Below, piece after piece: positions 9,572 to 19,268 of a DNA stretch of 64,000 bases. The translations under genes were made by a program, and so were the position numbers. The notes under the pieces were generated by a model, which did no database searches, had not been told where the DNA came from, and worked only from the letters and a program-made list of their open reading frames with translations. This DNA comes from Acidobacteriota bacterium. GTDB taxonomy: Bacteria > Acidobacteriota > Vicinamibacteria > Vicinamibacterales > 2-12-FULL-66-21. Positions within the stretch are counted from its first letter, which is position 1; each line of letters opens with the position of its first letter. The DNA is taken from NCBI GenBank assembly GCA_031393955.1, contig JANMWI010000046.1:185-64184 (forward strand), in the 5' to 3' direction.

Positions 9572-10720
9572 TCAGGGGACGCGGGGAAGGTAGATCACGA
9601 ACCGCGTCCCGCTCTCCCGGCCGCTCGTCAGGTAGATCCCGCCGTGGTTCTGCTTGACGATGCCATAGACCGTGGCGAGGCCGAGCCCGGTCCCCTTGCC
9701 CTGCTCCTTGGTCGTGAAGAACGGCTCGAAGATGTGCAGCCGCACTTCTTCCGGGATCCCGGTGCCGGTGTCGGTGACGGTCAGCGTGACGTACTCGCCG
9801 GGCCGCAGCCCCGGCCGCTCGCGCGGATCCACCGCCTCGACGACGACATTGCCGGTGGCGATCGTCAGTGAGCCTCCCTCCGGCATGGCGTCGCGGCCGT
9901 TGGCGGCGAGGTTCATGAGGATCTGCTCGATCTGCCCGGGATCGGCCAGCACCTTCCAGAGATCCGGCGCAGCCTCGATCACCATCGAGATGTCTTCGCC
10001 GACGAGGCGCGCCAGCAGCTTGTGCAGGCTGTCCACGACCGACGCCAGATCGAGCCGCTGCGGCTGGATCATCTGCTTGCGGCTGAACGCCAGCAGCTGA
10101 CGGGTCAGGGCGGCGGCGCGCTCCGCGGCGTGGCGGATTTCCTGGACGTCCTCGCGGCGGGGATCGTCCTCGGGGAACTGATCGAGCAGCAGGTCGGCGT
10201 AGCCGAAGATCGCGGTCAGCACATTGTTGAAGTCATGGGCAACGCCGCCGGCGAGGCGGCCGATCGCCTCCATCTTGTGGGACTGGCGCTGTTCGGCCTC
10301 GCGCCGCGCCGAGTCGCGGCGCCACTCGGCGCGCTCGCGCGCGTAGCGGATCGAGCGCTGCAGCAGCTCGCCGTCGGTGCGGTCCTTGACGAGATAGTCC
10401 TGCGCGCCGCGCTGCACCGCCTGCACCGCCGTCACGTCGTCGTCGGTTGCGGTCAGCACGATGATCGGCGTGATCTCGCCGCTGGCGTTGGCGAGCAGCC
10501 GCTCGACGGTCGCGAGCCCGCCGCTGTCGGGCAGGGCGAGGTCGAGCAGGACCACCGCGAAGGCGGTGCGGTCGAGCGCCGCCAGGGCCGCGGTCATGGT
10601 GCTGACGCGCTCGAGCGCGAACGGCACGGCCGCGTCACTGAGCAGCTCGCCGACGAACGTCGCATAGTGATCGTCATCGTCGACGAGCAGCACGGGAAGG
10701 GGCGCTGAGGCGGATTCCAT
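9572..10720 (-). CDS. Hybrid response-regulator/histidine kinase (N-terminal REC, HisKA, HATPase_c)
   Basis: REC motifs 'VLLVDDDD' and '[11 protein letters not shown]' are present. The H-box is '[18 protein letters not shown]' and the G-box is '[13 protein letters not shown]'. Confidence 0.85.
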   Translation of the reverse strand: MESASAPLPVLLVDDDDHYATFVGELLSDAAVPFALERVSTMTAALAALDRTAFAVVLLDLALPDSGGLATVERLLANASGEITPIIVLTATDDDVTAVQAVQRGAQDYLVKDRTDGELLQRSIRYARERAEWRRDSARREAEQRQSHKMEAIGRLAGGVAHDFNNVLTAIFGYADLLLDQFPEDDPRREDVQEIRHAAERAAALTRQLLAFSRKQMIQPQRLDLASVVDSLHKLLARLVGEDISMVIEAAPDLWKVLADPGQIEQILMNLAANGRDAMPEGGSLTIATGNVVVEAVDPRERPGLRPGEYVTLTVTDTGTGIPEEVRLHIFEPFFTTKEQGKGTGLGLATVYGIVKQNHGGIYLTSGRESGTRFVIYLPRVP

Positions 10721-10785
10721 GGATTCGGATCAGAGGTCGGAACGCCGCTATTCTACTGTCAATCCTGTGGAGCCGCCTTTCCACC

Positions 10786-10791
10786 TATAAT
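10786..10791 (+). promoter_or_regulatory. Candidate -10 hexamer (perfect TATAAT) upstream of the cyclophilin gene
   Basis: A perfect TATAAT sits in the 145-bp divergent intergenic region, 75 nt upstream of the GTG at 10866. I found no convincing -35 element. Confidence 0.2.
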
Positions 10792-10865
10792 TTCTTTCGG
10801 ACCCGCGCGTCGCGGGCGCCATCGTCCGCTGCGGCAGAGCGTCGCGGCGCCGGAAGGAGACACGC

Positions 10866-11384
10866 GTGGAATCTGGTACGTACGCCCGCTTCGACACCAC
10901 CGAGGGATCGTTCACGGTCCGGCTCTTCGACAAGGAGGCGCCCAACACCGTCGCCAATTTCGTCGGCCTGGCGGAGGGCACGAAGGAATGGCGCGATCCA
11001 TCCAGCGGCGAGAAGAAGACGGCGCCGTACTATGACGGCGTCAGCTTCCACCGGGTGATCAGCGGCTTCATGATCCAGGGGGGCGATCGGCTCGGCACCG
11101 GCACCGGCGGCCCGGGCTACAACTTCGCCGACGAATTCCACCCGACCCGCCGCCACACCGGGCCCGGCATCCTCTCGATGGCCAATGCCGGCCCGAACAC
11201 CAACGGCAGCCAGTTTTTCATCACGCTCGGTCCGACGCCGCACCTCGACAACCGCCACACGGTGTTCGGCGAGGTCGTCGAGGGGCTGGAGGTCGTGAAG
11301 AAGATCGGCGCGGTCGCGACCGGCCGCCAGGATCGGCCGGTGACGCCGGTCGTGATGAACCACGTCACAATCGAGCGGGTCTGA
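10866..11384 (+). CDS. ppiB: Cyclophilin-type peptidyl-prolyl cis-trans isomerase
   Basis: '[14 protein letters not shown]', 'GTGGPGY' and '[18 protein letters not shown]' are present. There is no signal peptide. The start is GTG. Confidence 0.9.
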   Translation: MESGTYARFDTTEGSFTVRLFDKEAPNTVANFVGLAEGTKEWRDPSSGEKKTAPYYDGVSFHRVISGFMIQGGDRLGTGTGGPGYNFADEFHPTRRHTGPGILSMANAGPNTNGSQFFITLGPTPHLDNRHTVFGEVVEGLEVVKKIGAVATGRQDRPVTPVVMNHVTIERV

Positions 11385-11399
11385 CCCCGCGCGGCGGCG

Positions 11400-12422
11400 T
11401 CAGCGCAGGCGATCGGCGAGCAGGCCGACGCTGAGGGTGTAGGTGTGGGCGCAGTTGTAGGCGAGCAGCGCGTCGTAATTGCCGTAGAGCAGGAAGCTGC
11501 GGCGGCCCGCCTGCAGCAGCGACGCCGCCGCCGCGCCGGCCGGGAGCGGCGCGCCGGAGGCGGTGCGCAGCCCGAGCCGCTGCCACTCGGCGAGCGGGGC
11601 TGGCGCCGTCATCATGCGCTCGGCGCGGCACCCTTCGTCGCGGACCGGAATCGCGCCAATCCGGGCGCGGCTGGCGGCCGGAATCGTCACCTCCCTGCCC
11701 CATGCGGCGCCGTCGGTCCAGCCGTGCTGCTGCAGGTAATAGGCGACCGAGGCGAACACGTCCGGCAGCGAGCCCCAGATGTCGCGGCGGCCGTCGCCGT
11801 CGAAGTCCTGGGCGAACTGCAGGTAGCTTGACGGCATGAACTGTGGCTGGCCGAGCGCCCCGGCCCACGATCCCTTGAGCCGGGCGATGTCGATATCGCC
11901 GCGGTTGAGGATCTCCAGCGCGTCGAGCAGCTCGGATCGGAACATCGGGCCGCGGCGCGGATCGTAGGCGAGCGTCGCGAGGGTCGGGATGGTCGGCCGC
12001 ACGCCGGCAAACCGCCCGAAGTTGGATTCGAGCCCCCAGACCGCGACAACGATTCGCGGATCGACGCCGAACTGCGCGCCGACCCGCTTGAGCAGCACGC
12101 GGTGCGTCCCGTACATCTGCTGCGCGGTGCGCACCATCGCGGTCGTCAGGCGGCGGCGCAGGTAGGCATCCAGGTCGAGCGTGAACTCCGCCTGCGAGCG
12201 GTCGCGATCGAGAATCTGGGCGACCGGCTGGATGCCGGTGAACGCCTCGTCGAGAATCTCGGGGCGGATGCCACGCGCCTCGGCCTCGGCACGGACGCCG
12301 ATGATCCACTCGTCAAACGGGGGCGGCAGCGGCGCCACCGGCGCGACCGGCACCGGCGCCTGAACCGGCCGCCAGCCGCCAGCCAGACACGCGAGCACCA
12401 GAATCACCGCCAGTCGCTGCAT
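11400..12422 (-). CDS. Lytic murein transglycosylase (MltB family)
   Basis: A signal peptide is present. Motifs are 'WGLESNFGRF', 'LKGSWAGALGQPQFMPSSY' and 'DFDGDGRRDIW'. Confidence 0.85.
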   Translation of the reverse strand: MQRLAVILVLACLAGGWRPVQAPVPVAPVAPLPPPFDEWIIGVRAEAEARGIRPEILDEAFTGIQPVAQILDRDRSQAEFTLDLDAYLRRRLTTAMVRTAQQMYGTHRVLLKRVGAQFGVDPRIVVAVWGLESNFGRFAGVRPTIPTLATLAYDPRRGPMFRSELLDALEILNRGDIDIARLKGSWAGALGQPQFMPSSYLQFAQDFDGDGRRDIWGSLPDVFASVAYYLQQHGWTDGAAWGREVTIPAASRARIGAIPVRDEGCRAERMMTAPAPLAEWQRLGLRTASGAPLPAGAAAASLLQAGRRSFLLYGNYDALLAYNCAHTYTLSVGLLADRLR

Positions 12423-12499
12423 CCGTCATTCTACCAGCCGCGATCGCGGCCTCCGGCGGATTGCGCAGAATGATTTGGCGGCGGCGGCATGGACGATGG

Positions 12500-12505
12500 G
12501 ATAAT
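12500..12505 (+). promoter_or_regulatory. Candidate -10 hexamer GATAAT, 8 nt upstream of the SDR ATG (possible leaderless transcript)
   Basis: The sequence reads gGATAATccgccgcgATG. No Shine-Dalgarno sequence lies between the hexamer and the ATG at 12514. Confidence 0.2.
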
Positions 12506-12513
12506 CCGCCGCG

Positions 12514-13266
12514 ATGAATCAGCTGGACTTGCGGGATCGGGTCGCGATCGTCACCGGCGGCGCGCGCGGCATCGGCCTCGGCGTGGCGCGGCGGGCGCTC
12601 GCCTCAGGGGCGGCGGTGGCGATCTGGGACATGGACGACGCCCGCGCCGAGCCGGCGCGGACCGAGCTGGCTGCCCTCGGCCCGGTGTCGACGGTGCAGG
12701 TGGACGTCACCAGCCAGGCGTCGGTCGACGCGGCGGCGACGGCCACGCTCGCCGCGCACGGCCGGATCGACATCCTGATCAACAACGCCGGCATTGCCGG
12801 CGGGAACGGCCCGACCTGGGAGCTCGACCCGGCGGTCTGGCGCCACGTCATCGAGGTCAACCTGGTCGGCTGTTTCCTGACCTGCCGCGCCGTCGTCCCC
12901 CACATGCTCGCCGGCGGCTACGGGCGGATCGTCAACGTCGCGTCGATTGCCGGCAAGGAGGGCAACCCGAACGCGTCGCACTACAGCGCGTCGAAGGCCG
13001 GGCTGATCGGCCTGACGAAGTCGCTCGGCAAGGAGCTGGCGACGCGGAACATCCTGGTCAACTGCGTCGCGCCGGCGGCGGCCAACACCGAGATCTTCGC
13101 GCAGATGAAGCAGGAGCACATCGACTACATGCTGTCGCGGATTCCGATGGCGCGGTTCGTCGAGATCGACGAGATCGCCGCGCTGATCTGCTGGCTGGCC
13201 TCCGCCGAGTGCTCGTTCTCGACCGGCGCGGTGTTCGACATCAGCGGCGGCCGGGCGACCTACTAG
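12514..13266 (+). CDS. Short-chain dehydrogenase/reductase (FabG-like)
   Basis: Motifs are 'VAIVTGGARGIG' (TGxxxGxG), 'NNAG' and 'YSASKAG' (YxxxK). Confidence 0.85.
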   Translation: MNQLDLRDRVAIVTGGARGIGLGVARRALASGAAVAIWDMDDARAEPARTELAALGPVSTVQVDVTSQASVDAAATATLAAHGRIDILINNAGIAGGNGPTWELDPAVWRHVIEVNLVGCFLTCRAVVPHMLAGGYGRIVNVASIAGKEGNPNASHYSASKAGLIGLTKSLGKELATRNILVNCVAPAAANTEIFAQMKQEHIDYMLSRIPMARFVEIDEIAALICWLASAECSFSTGAVFDISGGRATY

Positions 13267-13268
13267 CG

Positions 13269-14372
13269 TCAGCGCGGCGGCAGGACGACCCGCGCGTGGG
13301 TCCGCATCGACTCGCGCGCGGCCTCGAGGATCTCGGTGACGATCAGGTTGTTGGCGAGCGACGACAGCGCGTTCGGCCGCGTCCGGCCGCGCACCACCGC
13401 GAGCAGGTGCGAGACCGAGTCGAGCTGGTCGGCGGGCAGCGGATCGGCAGTCACCGCATGTTCGGGTTCGGTGCCGGTGCGGACCCGCAGGCCGGCGCGG
13501 TTGCCGACCGCCTGCGCGCGCTCGGCATAGACCTCGAAATCCTTCCGATCGAACGGCCAGTTCCACGAGGCCTGGATGATGCCCTGGGCGCCCGGATATT
13601 CGAGCAGGACGGTGGCTTCGTCGTCGACGCGCGGGTAGATCGCCGGCTTGAACTGCTGCGTCAGGGCCAGGACCGAGACCGGGCGGCGGTTGTCCATCAT
13701 CCACGTCATCAGGTTCGCGCCGTAGCAGCCGAAGTCGAACAGCGCGCCGGCGCCGTTCTTGACCGGATCGGACAGCCAGCCGAGGAACTCCGGGCCGACG
13801 CCGATTTCCTTCGGACCACGGTGGCCGTCTTCGGCGACCATCTTGCGGATGTCGCCGCCGGCCGTCTGCTCCTTGAGCAGCGCCCACATCGCCGCGTGGC
13901 TGGGATACCAGGTCGTCTCGTAATTGACCAGGACGTCGATCTTGCCGGCGGCCGCGGCGCGCTCGATCCGCCGCGCGTGGACCATGCTGACGGCGAGCGG
14001 CTTCTCCATCATCACGGTGATATGCCGCGGCGCCGCCGCTTCGACGACCAGCGGGTGATCGTCGGTGCTGGTGAAGGACGCGACCGCCTCCGGCTTGGTG
14101 CGATCGAGCATGGCGCCGAGGTCGTTGAAAAACAGCGATGGATCGAGATGGAACCGGGCGGCATAGGTCTTCTGGAGATCGCTATCGGGCTCGAACACGC
14201 CGACAATCTGGACATCCTGGCGCGACTGCGCGGCCTTGAGGAAGCCCGAGACGTGGCCGTGGACAAGGCCGGCGATGGCCAGCTTGAGCGGAGCGGGCGG
14301 CGGCGCCTGGGCCGCGGCCGCCGGCGCAAAGAACAGTCCGGCGATGATGCCGGCAAGCAGAACACGCCTCAT
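13269..14372 (-). CDS. Gfo/Idh/MocA-family oxidoreductase with signal peptide
   Basis: The start is at the ATG for 'MRRVLLAGIIAGLFFAPAAAAQA' (14372), preceded by GAGGAGAG. The Rossmann start is 'LKLAIAGLVHGHV'. The 141 codons upstream in the track ORF are Arg/Pro junk. Confidence 0.8.
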   Translation of the reverse strand: MRRVLLAGIIAGLFFAPAAAAQAPPPAPLKLAIAGLVHGHVSGFLKAAQSRQDVQIVGVFEPDSDLQKTYAARFHLDPSLFFNDLGAMLDRTKPEAVASFTSTDDHPLVVEAAAPRHITVMMEKPLAVSMVHARRIERAAAAGKIDVLVNYETTWYPSHAAMWALLKEQTAGGDIRKMVAEDGHRGPKEIGVGPEFLGWLSDPVKNGAGALFDFGCYGANLMTWMMDNRRPVSVLALTQQFKPAIYPRVDDEATVLLEYPGAQGIIQASWNWPFDRKDFEVYAERAQAVGNRAGLRVRTGTEPEHAVTADPLPADQLDSVSHLLAVVRGRTRPNALSSLANNLIVTEILEAARESMRTHARVVLPPR

Positions 14373-14497
14373 GAGACACTCTCCTCGAATGCGGCCCGCC
14401 CGGGTGGGCCCGCTCACGCTATCAGAGCCGGCACGGCGGCGCCACTCGAAGACAGCGGCGCGGCGGGCCCGGCCGGCCATGACAACATAGGAAGACC

Positions 14498-16264
14498 ATG
14501 ATGCGCAGCATCGCCTGTCTCTCCCTCGTCGGCGTTCTGACCGTGGCGTCGCCTGGCCGCGCACAGCCGGCGGCGACATCGACCCGGGACTGGATCGCGG
14601 AGAGCAACCGCAACGCCGAGGTCCTCCTCGACGTCGTCGCGAAGTTTTCACCGGAGGCGGCCGGCGAGATTGGCGTCTCGGGCCTCGACCGGGAGATTTC
14701 GAGCCTGACGCCGGAATCGCACACCGCCGAGCGCCGCGCCCTCGAGAGCGCCCTGGCCTCGCTCGAGACGCGGCTGGCGGCCGCGCCGCATCCACAGGTC
14801 CGTCAGGACCTGCAGATCCTGATCCGCGCCGGACGAACCAGCCTCCGGGAACTGCAGCTCGGCGACGAGCGGCTGGTGCCGTATCAGGACGTTCCGAGGA
14901 TTGTCTACCAGGGCCTGCGCGCGCTGCTCGATCCGCAGGTCGCGGCGGACCGGCGGGGCGCGGCGGTTGATCGCCTGCGGAAGTACGCGGGGTTGAGCGG
15001 CGGGATGACTCCCCTGGCCAGCCAGGCGATCAGGCGGATGCGGGCGGGGCTGGCCGACTCGCGCCTCCTGCCGCCGGCGCGGGCCCAGGTCGAGCGCGAC
15101 CTGGCGAACGACGCCGTGATGGTCGCCGGAATCGAAAAGATGCTTGGCGAGTATCAGCTCGACGACTGGCGCGAGCCGTTTGCTGCGCTCGCCGCCCAGC
15201 TGACCGAGTACCAGGCCTTCGTCCGCGGCACCGTGCTGCCGAAGGCGCGGACCGACTTCCGGCTGCCCTCCGACCTCTACGCGTTTGCGCTCGAACAGGT
15301 CGGGGTGACGATTGCGCCCGAGCCGCTCGCCGCGATGGCGCATCAGGCCTTCACTGACATCCAGCAGGAAATGGCGCGTCTCGCCCCCGAGGTCGCCCGC
15401 GCGCGGGGGCTGCAGACCACCAATTACCGCGACGTGATCGAGGCCCTCAAGAAGGATCAGCTGGTCGGCGAGGCGATCCTGCCCCACTACCGGAAGCGCC
15501 TCGAGGAGATCGAAGCGATCGTGCGACGTGAAAAGCTCGTCACGCTGCCGGACCGGGCCGCCCGGATCCGGATCGCCACCGACGCCGAGGCCGCGCAGAC
15601 GTCGGCGCCGAACATGCGGCCGCCGCGGCTGCTCGGCAACACCGGCGAGCTCGGTGAGTTCGTGCTGCCGTTGAACGTGCCGGGCCGCGCCGACGGCGCC
15701 GGCCGCTTCGACGACTTCACGTTCGCCGCCGCGTCGTGGACGCTGACGGCGCACGAAGCCCGTCCCGGTCACGAGATGCAGTTCGCCAAGATGATCGAAG
15801 CCGGCGTCTCGGTGCCGCGCGCGGTCTTTGCCTTCAACAGCACCAACGTCGAGGGCTGGGGACTTTACGCGGAGTGGATGATGCTGCCGTACATGCCGGC
15901 CGACGGGCAGCTGATCTCGCTGCAGTTCCGCCTGCTGCGGGCGGCGCGGGCGTTTCTCGATCCCGAGCTGCACATGGGGCGAGTCACGCCGGACGAAGCG
16001 CGCCGCGTTCTCCGCGAGGAGGTCGGCATGTCGGCGGCGATGACCGAATCGGAGGTCGAGCGCTACATGTTCCGCTCCCCCGCCCAGGCGACGTCCTATT
16101 TCTACGGCTACACCCAGCTGCTGCAGCTGCGCGGCAAGGTCGAGCGGTCGATGGGCAGCGGCTTCAGCCCGCTCGCGTTCCACGATTTCGTGCTCGCCCA
16201 GGGGCTGCTGCCGCCGGCGCTGCTCGAGGAAGCGGTCGTGGCGCAGTTCGTCCAGGGTCGCTGA
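14498..16264 (+). CDS. DUF885 family protein (secreted)
   Basis: A signal peptide 'MMRSIACLSLVGVLTVASPGRAQ' is present. The DUF885 core is 'LTAHEARPGHEMQF...NSTNVEGWGLYAEWMM'. Confidence 0.85.
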   Translation: MMRSIACLSLVGVLTVASPGRAQPAATSTRDWIAESNRNAEVLLDVVAKFSPEAAGEIGVSGLDREISSLTPESHTAERRALESALASLETRLAAAPHPQVRQDLQILIRAGRTSLRELQLGDERLVPYQDVPRIVYQGLRALLDPQVAADRRGAAVDRLRKYAGLSGGMTPLASQAIRRMRAGLADSRLLPPARAQVERDLANDAVMVAGIEKMLGEYQLDDWREPFAALAAQLTEYQAFVRGTVLPKARTDFRLPSDLYAFALEQVGVTIAPEPLAAMAHQAFTDIQQEMARLAPEVARARGLQTTNYRDVIEALKKDQLVGEAILPHYRKRLEEIEAIVRREKLVTLPDRAARIRIATDAEAAQTSAPNMRPPRLLGNTGELGEFVLPLNVPGRADGAGRFDDFTFAAASWTLTAHEARPGHEMQFAKMIEAGVSVPRAVFAFNSTNVEGWGLYAEWMMLPYMPADGQLISLQFRLLRAARAFLDPELHMGRVTPDEARRVLREEVGMSAAMTESEVERYMFRSPAQATSYFYGYTQLLQLRGKVERSMGSGFSPLAFHDFVLAQGLLPPALLEEAVVAQFVQGR

Positions 16265-16337
16265 TCCGGCCGGCGCCCGGCTCGCACACGATCACCCGCG
16301 CCCGCGGCGACGCGGCGCCCGAACGAAAGGACCGATC

Positions 16338-16706
16338 ATGATTCCCGCTCCGACAGACGTCGCCGCTCCGCCGGCCGATGCCAGCACCACTGCCAGCGGC
16401 CTGGTGACCAAGGTCCAGACCGCGGGATCAGGCACGCGCCATCCGACCGCAACCTCGCGCGTGCGCGTCCACTACACCGGCTGGACGACCGACGGGAAGA
16501 TGTTCGACAGCTCGGTCGCCAGGAACGAGCCGATCTCCTTCGGCCTCAACCAGGTCATCCCGGGATGGACGGAGGGCGTCCAGCTGATGGTCGAAGGCGA
16601 GACGCGCCGGCTGTGGATTCCCGAAAAGCTCGCGTATCGCGGCCAGCCCGGCGCGCCACAGGGCATGCTGGTCTTCGACGTCCAGTTGATCCGGATCGAG
16701 TCGTAG
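16338..16706 (+). CDS. FKBP-type peptidyl-prolyl cis-trans isomerase
   Basis: 'VRVHYTGWTTDGKMFDSS', 'FGLNQVIPGWTEG' and 'LVFDVQLIRI' are present. Confidence 0.85.
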   Translation: MIPAPTDVAAPPADASTTASGLVTKVQTAGSGTRHPTATSRVRVHYTGWTTDGKMFDSSVARNEPISFGLNQVIPGWTEGVQLMVEGETRRLWIPEKLAYRGQPGAPQGMLVFDVQLIRIES

Positions 16707-16719
16707 GAGGGGCGCCGCG

Positions 16720-18135
16720 ATGTCGAGCCGGCGAGGGACGGCGGAGTTGCCAGCGGCAAAAGAGGCGCTCAGGCGCGTGCTCGGTTCGCGCTGCAGCGAC
16801 AGCGCGGCCGTTCGCGACCATCACAGCCACGGCGAGTCCTATCATCCCCCCGCCGCGCCCGACGTCGTCTGCTTCCCCGCTACCACCGCCGAGGTCGTCG
16901 CGATTGTCGGCATCAGCCGGCAGTACGCCCTGCCGATCGTCCCGTTCGGCGCCGGCACCTCACTCGAAGGACACGTCCATGCGCTCGAAGGCGGGATCAC
17001 CGTCGACCTGAGCGGGATGAACCGGGTGGTCCGCGTCGCCACCGCCGATCTGGACGCCACCGTCGAGGCCGGGGTCACGCGGCTCCAGCTGGCGCGCGCG
17101 CTCGAGAACACCGGCCTGATGTTTCCCGTCGACCCGGGCGCCGATGCGACGATCGGCGGCATGACCGCGACCCGCGCCTCGGGCACCACCGCCGTCCGCT
17201 ACGGGACGATGCGCGAGAACGTGCTCGGCCTCGAGGTAGTGCTGGCCGACGGCCGGGTCGTGACGACCGGCACGCGCGCGCGCAAGTCCGCGGCCGGCTA
17301 CGACCTGACGCGGTTGTTCGTCGGTTCCGAAGGGACCCTCGGCATCATCACGCAGGTCACTTTGCGCCTCCACCCACGCCCCGAAGCGATCTCGGCGGCA
17401 GTCTGTTCCTTTGCGTCGCTGCGCGGCGCCGTTGACGCCGTCATGGCGACCATCCAGCTCGGCGTCCCGGTCGCCCGCATCGAGCTGCTCGACGACCTGC
17501 ACATGGACGCGATCAACCGCTACTCGAAGACGGCGTATCCGGTGGCGCCGACGCTGCTGTTCGAATTTCACGGCGACAGCCCGGGTCATGTCGCCGCGCA
17601 GGCCGAGACCGTCCAGGCGCTGACCGCCGAGCACGGCGGCCGCGGCTTCGCGTGGGCGACGCGCCCCGAGGATCGTGAACGGCTGTGGCAGGCGCGCCAC
17701 AACGCGCACTTCGCGGCGCTGGCGCTCCGGCCGGGTTGCCGTTCGTGGGCGGGCGACGTGTGCGTGCCGATCTCCCGGCTCGCCGACTGCATCATCGAAA
17801 CGAAGCAGGACCATGAAGGCGCGCCGTTCCCCGTCTGCCTGGTCGGGCACGCCGGCGACGGCAACTTCCATCTCGTCTATCTGCTCGACCCCGCCAGCGC
17901 CAGCGAGCTGGCCGAAGCGCGGCGGCTGAACACCCGGATGGTCGAGCGCGCGCTGGCAATGGGCGGCACCTGCACCGGTGAGCACGGCGTCGGCTACGGC
18001 AAGATGCAATCGCTCGTCGCCGAACACGGTGAGGGCATCGGCGTGATGCGCGACATCAAGCGGGCGCTCGACCCGGACAACCGGATGAACCCCGGCAAGG
18101 TGATTGAAAGTCACCCCGCCGCCTCGGATCGGTGA
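16720..18135 (+). CDS. FAD-linked oxidase (D-lactate dehydrogenase / GlcD-like)
   Basis: FAD_binding_4-type N-terminal half: '[14 protein letters not shown]', '[13 protein letters not shown]', '[18 protein letters not shown]'. C-terminal motifs 'GHAGDGNFH' and '[11 protein letters not shown]'. Confidence 0.85.
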   Translation: MSSRRGTAELPAAKEALRRVLGSRCSDSAAVRDHHSHGESYHPPAAPDVVCFPATTAEVVAIVGISRQYALPIVPFGAGTSLEGHVHALEGGITVDLSGMNRVVRVATADLDATVEAGVTRLQLARALENTGLMFPVDPGADATIGGMTATRASGTTAVRYGTMRENVLGLEVVLADGRVVTTGTRARKSAAGYDLTRLFVGSEGTLGIITQVTLRLHPRPEAISAAVCSFASLRGAVDAVMATIQLGVPVARIELLDDLHMDAINRYSKTAYPVAPTLLFEFHGDSPGHVAAQAETVQALTAEHGGRGFAWATRPEDRERLWQARHNAHFAALALRPGCRSWAGDVCVPISRLADCIIETKQDHEGAPFPVCLVGHAGDGNFHLVYLLDPASASELAEARRLNTRMVERALAMGGTCTGEHGVGYGKMQSLVAEHGEGIGVMRDIKRALDPDNRMNPGKVIESHPAASDR

Positions 18136-18178
18136 TACAACCTACCGCCATTGCGCGGAAGTATTTCCTGGAGGGTCC

Positions 18179-19171
18179 ATGAAGCGTACGGCTGTCGCCG
18201 TCCTCGCCGCCGGCATCGCCGCGCCGTGGAACGGCGCGTCCTCACAGGCACCGGCGCCGCCAGCGGTCAACACCGACGCCCACTACCAGCTCGGTCCCGA
18301 CTCGCTGCCGCGGGAGGGGGTTCCGAAGGGGGACATCCGCGGTCCCTTCACGCTGCCGAGCCAGGCGTACCCCGGAACGCAGCACACCTACTGGGTCTAT
18401 GTGCCGGCCCAGTACGACTCGGCGGCGCCGGCCAGCCTGATGATCTTCAACGACGGCCAGGCGTTCAAGAACATGGACGGGGATGCCCGCGCTCCCTACG
18501 TCCTCGACAACCTGATCTACCGCCGCGAGATACCCGTCATGATCGGCGTGTTCATCAATCCCGGCCGGACGCCGGAGCAGCCCGAGCCGACGCCGCAGGA
18601 GTGGGGCGACCGCACCACCAACCGGCCGACCGAGTACAACACGCTCGACGACAAATACGCCCGTGTCATCGTCGACGAGCTGATGCCGGCGCTCTACAAG
18701 GACTACGCGATCGCGAAGGATCCCGAGCGGCACGGCATCGGCGGCGCGAGCTCCGGCGCGATTGCCGCCTTCACGGTCGCGTGGCAGCGGCCGGAGCAGT
18801 TCCACAAGGTCCTCAGTATCGTCGGCAGCTTCGTGAATCTGCGTGGCGGGCATGCCTACGCCGATCTGGTCCGGACGTCGCCGAAGAAGCCGATTCGGAT
18901 CTTCCTGCAGGATGGCCGCAACGACAATCGCGGCGTCGGCCGGGACGGCAACTACGACCAGGCGCGCGACTGGTTCTTCCAGAACGTCCGGCTGATGCAG
19001 GCGCTGACCGAGAAGGGCTACGACGTAAACTACACCTGGGGCATCGGCCGCCACGGGCAGAAGCAGGGGGGCGCGATCCTGCCCGAGATGCTGCGCTGGC
19101 TGTGGCGCGATCAGCCGGTGTCGGTCGACGTCAACGACGCCGTTGAGCGCAGCTTTCGCGACAAGCGCTAG
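18179..19171 (+). CDS. Secreted esterase-family alpha/beta hydrolase (enterochelin-esterase-like)
   Basis: The ATG at 18179 follows GGAGGG. The signal peptide is '[16 protein letters not shown]'. The nucleophile elbow is 'GIGGASSGA'. '[11 protein letters not shown]' is typical of this esterase family. Confidence 0.75.
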   Translation: MKRTAVAVLAAGIAAPWNGASSQAPAPPAVNTDAHYQLGPDSLPREGVPKGDIRGPFTLPSQAYPGTQHTYWVYVPAQYDSAAPASLMIFNDGQAFKNMDGDARAPYVLDNLIYRREIPVMIGVFINPGRTPEQPEPTPQEWGDRTTNRPTEYNTLDDKYARVIVDELMPALYKDYAIAKDPERHGIGGASSGAIAAFTVAWQRPEQFHKVLSIVGSFVNLRGGHAYADLVRTSPKKPIRIFLQDGRNDNRGVGRDGNYDQARDWFFQNVRLMQALTEKGYDVNYTWGIGRHGQKQGGAILPEMLRWLWRDQPVSVDVNDAVERSFRDKR

Positions 19172-19186
19172 CCCCGACCGGGCCCG

Positions 19187-19268
19187 ATGGGGACACTCAC
19201 CTTTAGCGTAAGTCGTTGATTCAACAGGACGATTCTTCAAAAGTGGGCCGATCGCGGAGGAGTCCGGC
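19187..19268 (+). repeat. Solo left-arm copy (~80 bp) of the inverted-repeat element found at 22863-23010
   Basis: GGGGACACTCACCTTTAGCGTAAGT (19189-19213) matches 23 of 25 nt of the left terminus at 22863-22887. By hand alignment the following ~55 nt are about two-thirds identical to the interior of that element. No right-arm partner is nearby. The copy ends at the ATG of the next gene. Confidence 0.6.

Noticed and set aside
12489-14501. ORF 12489..14501 (+, 670 aa)
   Set aside because: It is an off-frame reading across the SDR gene and then antisense to the Gfo/Idh/MocA gene, with no recognisable domains.
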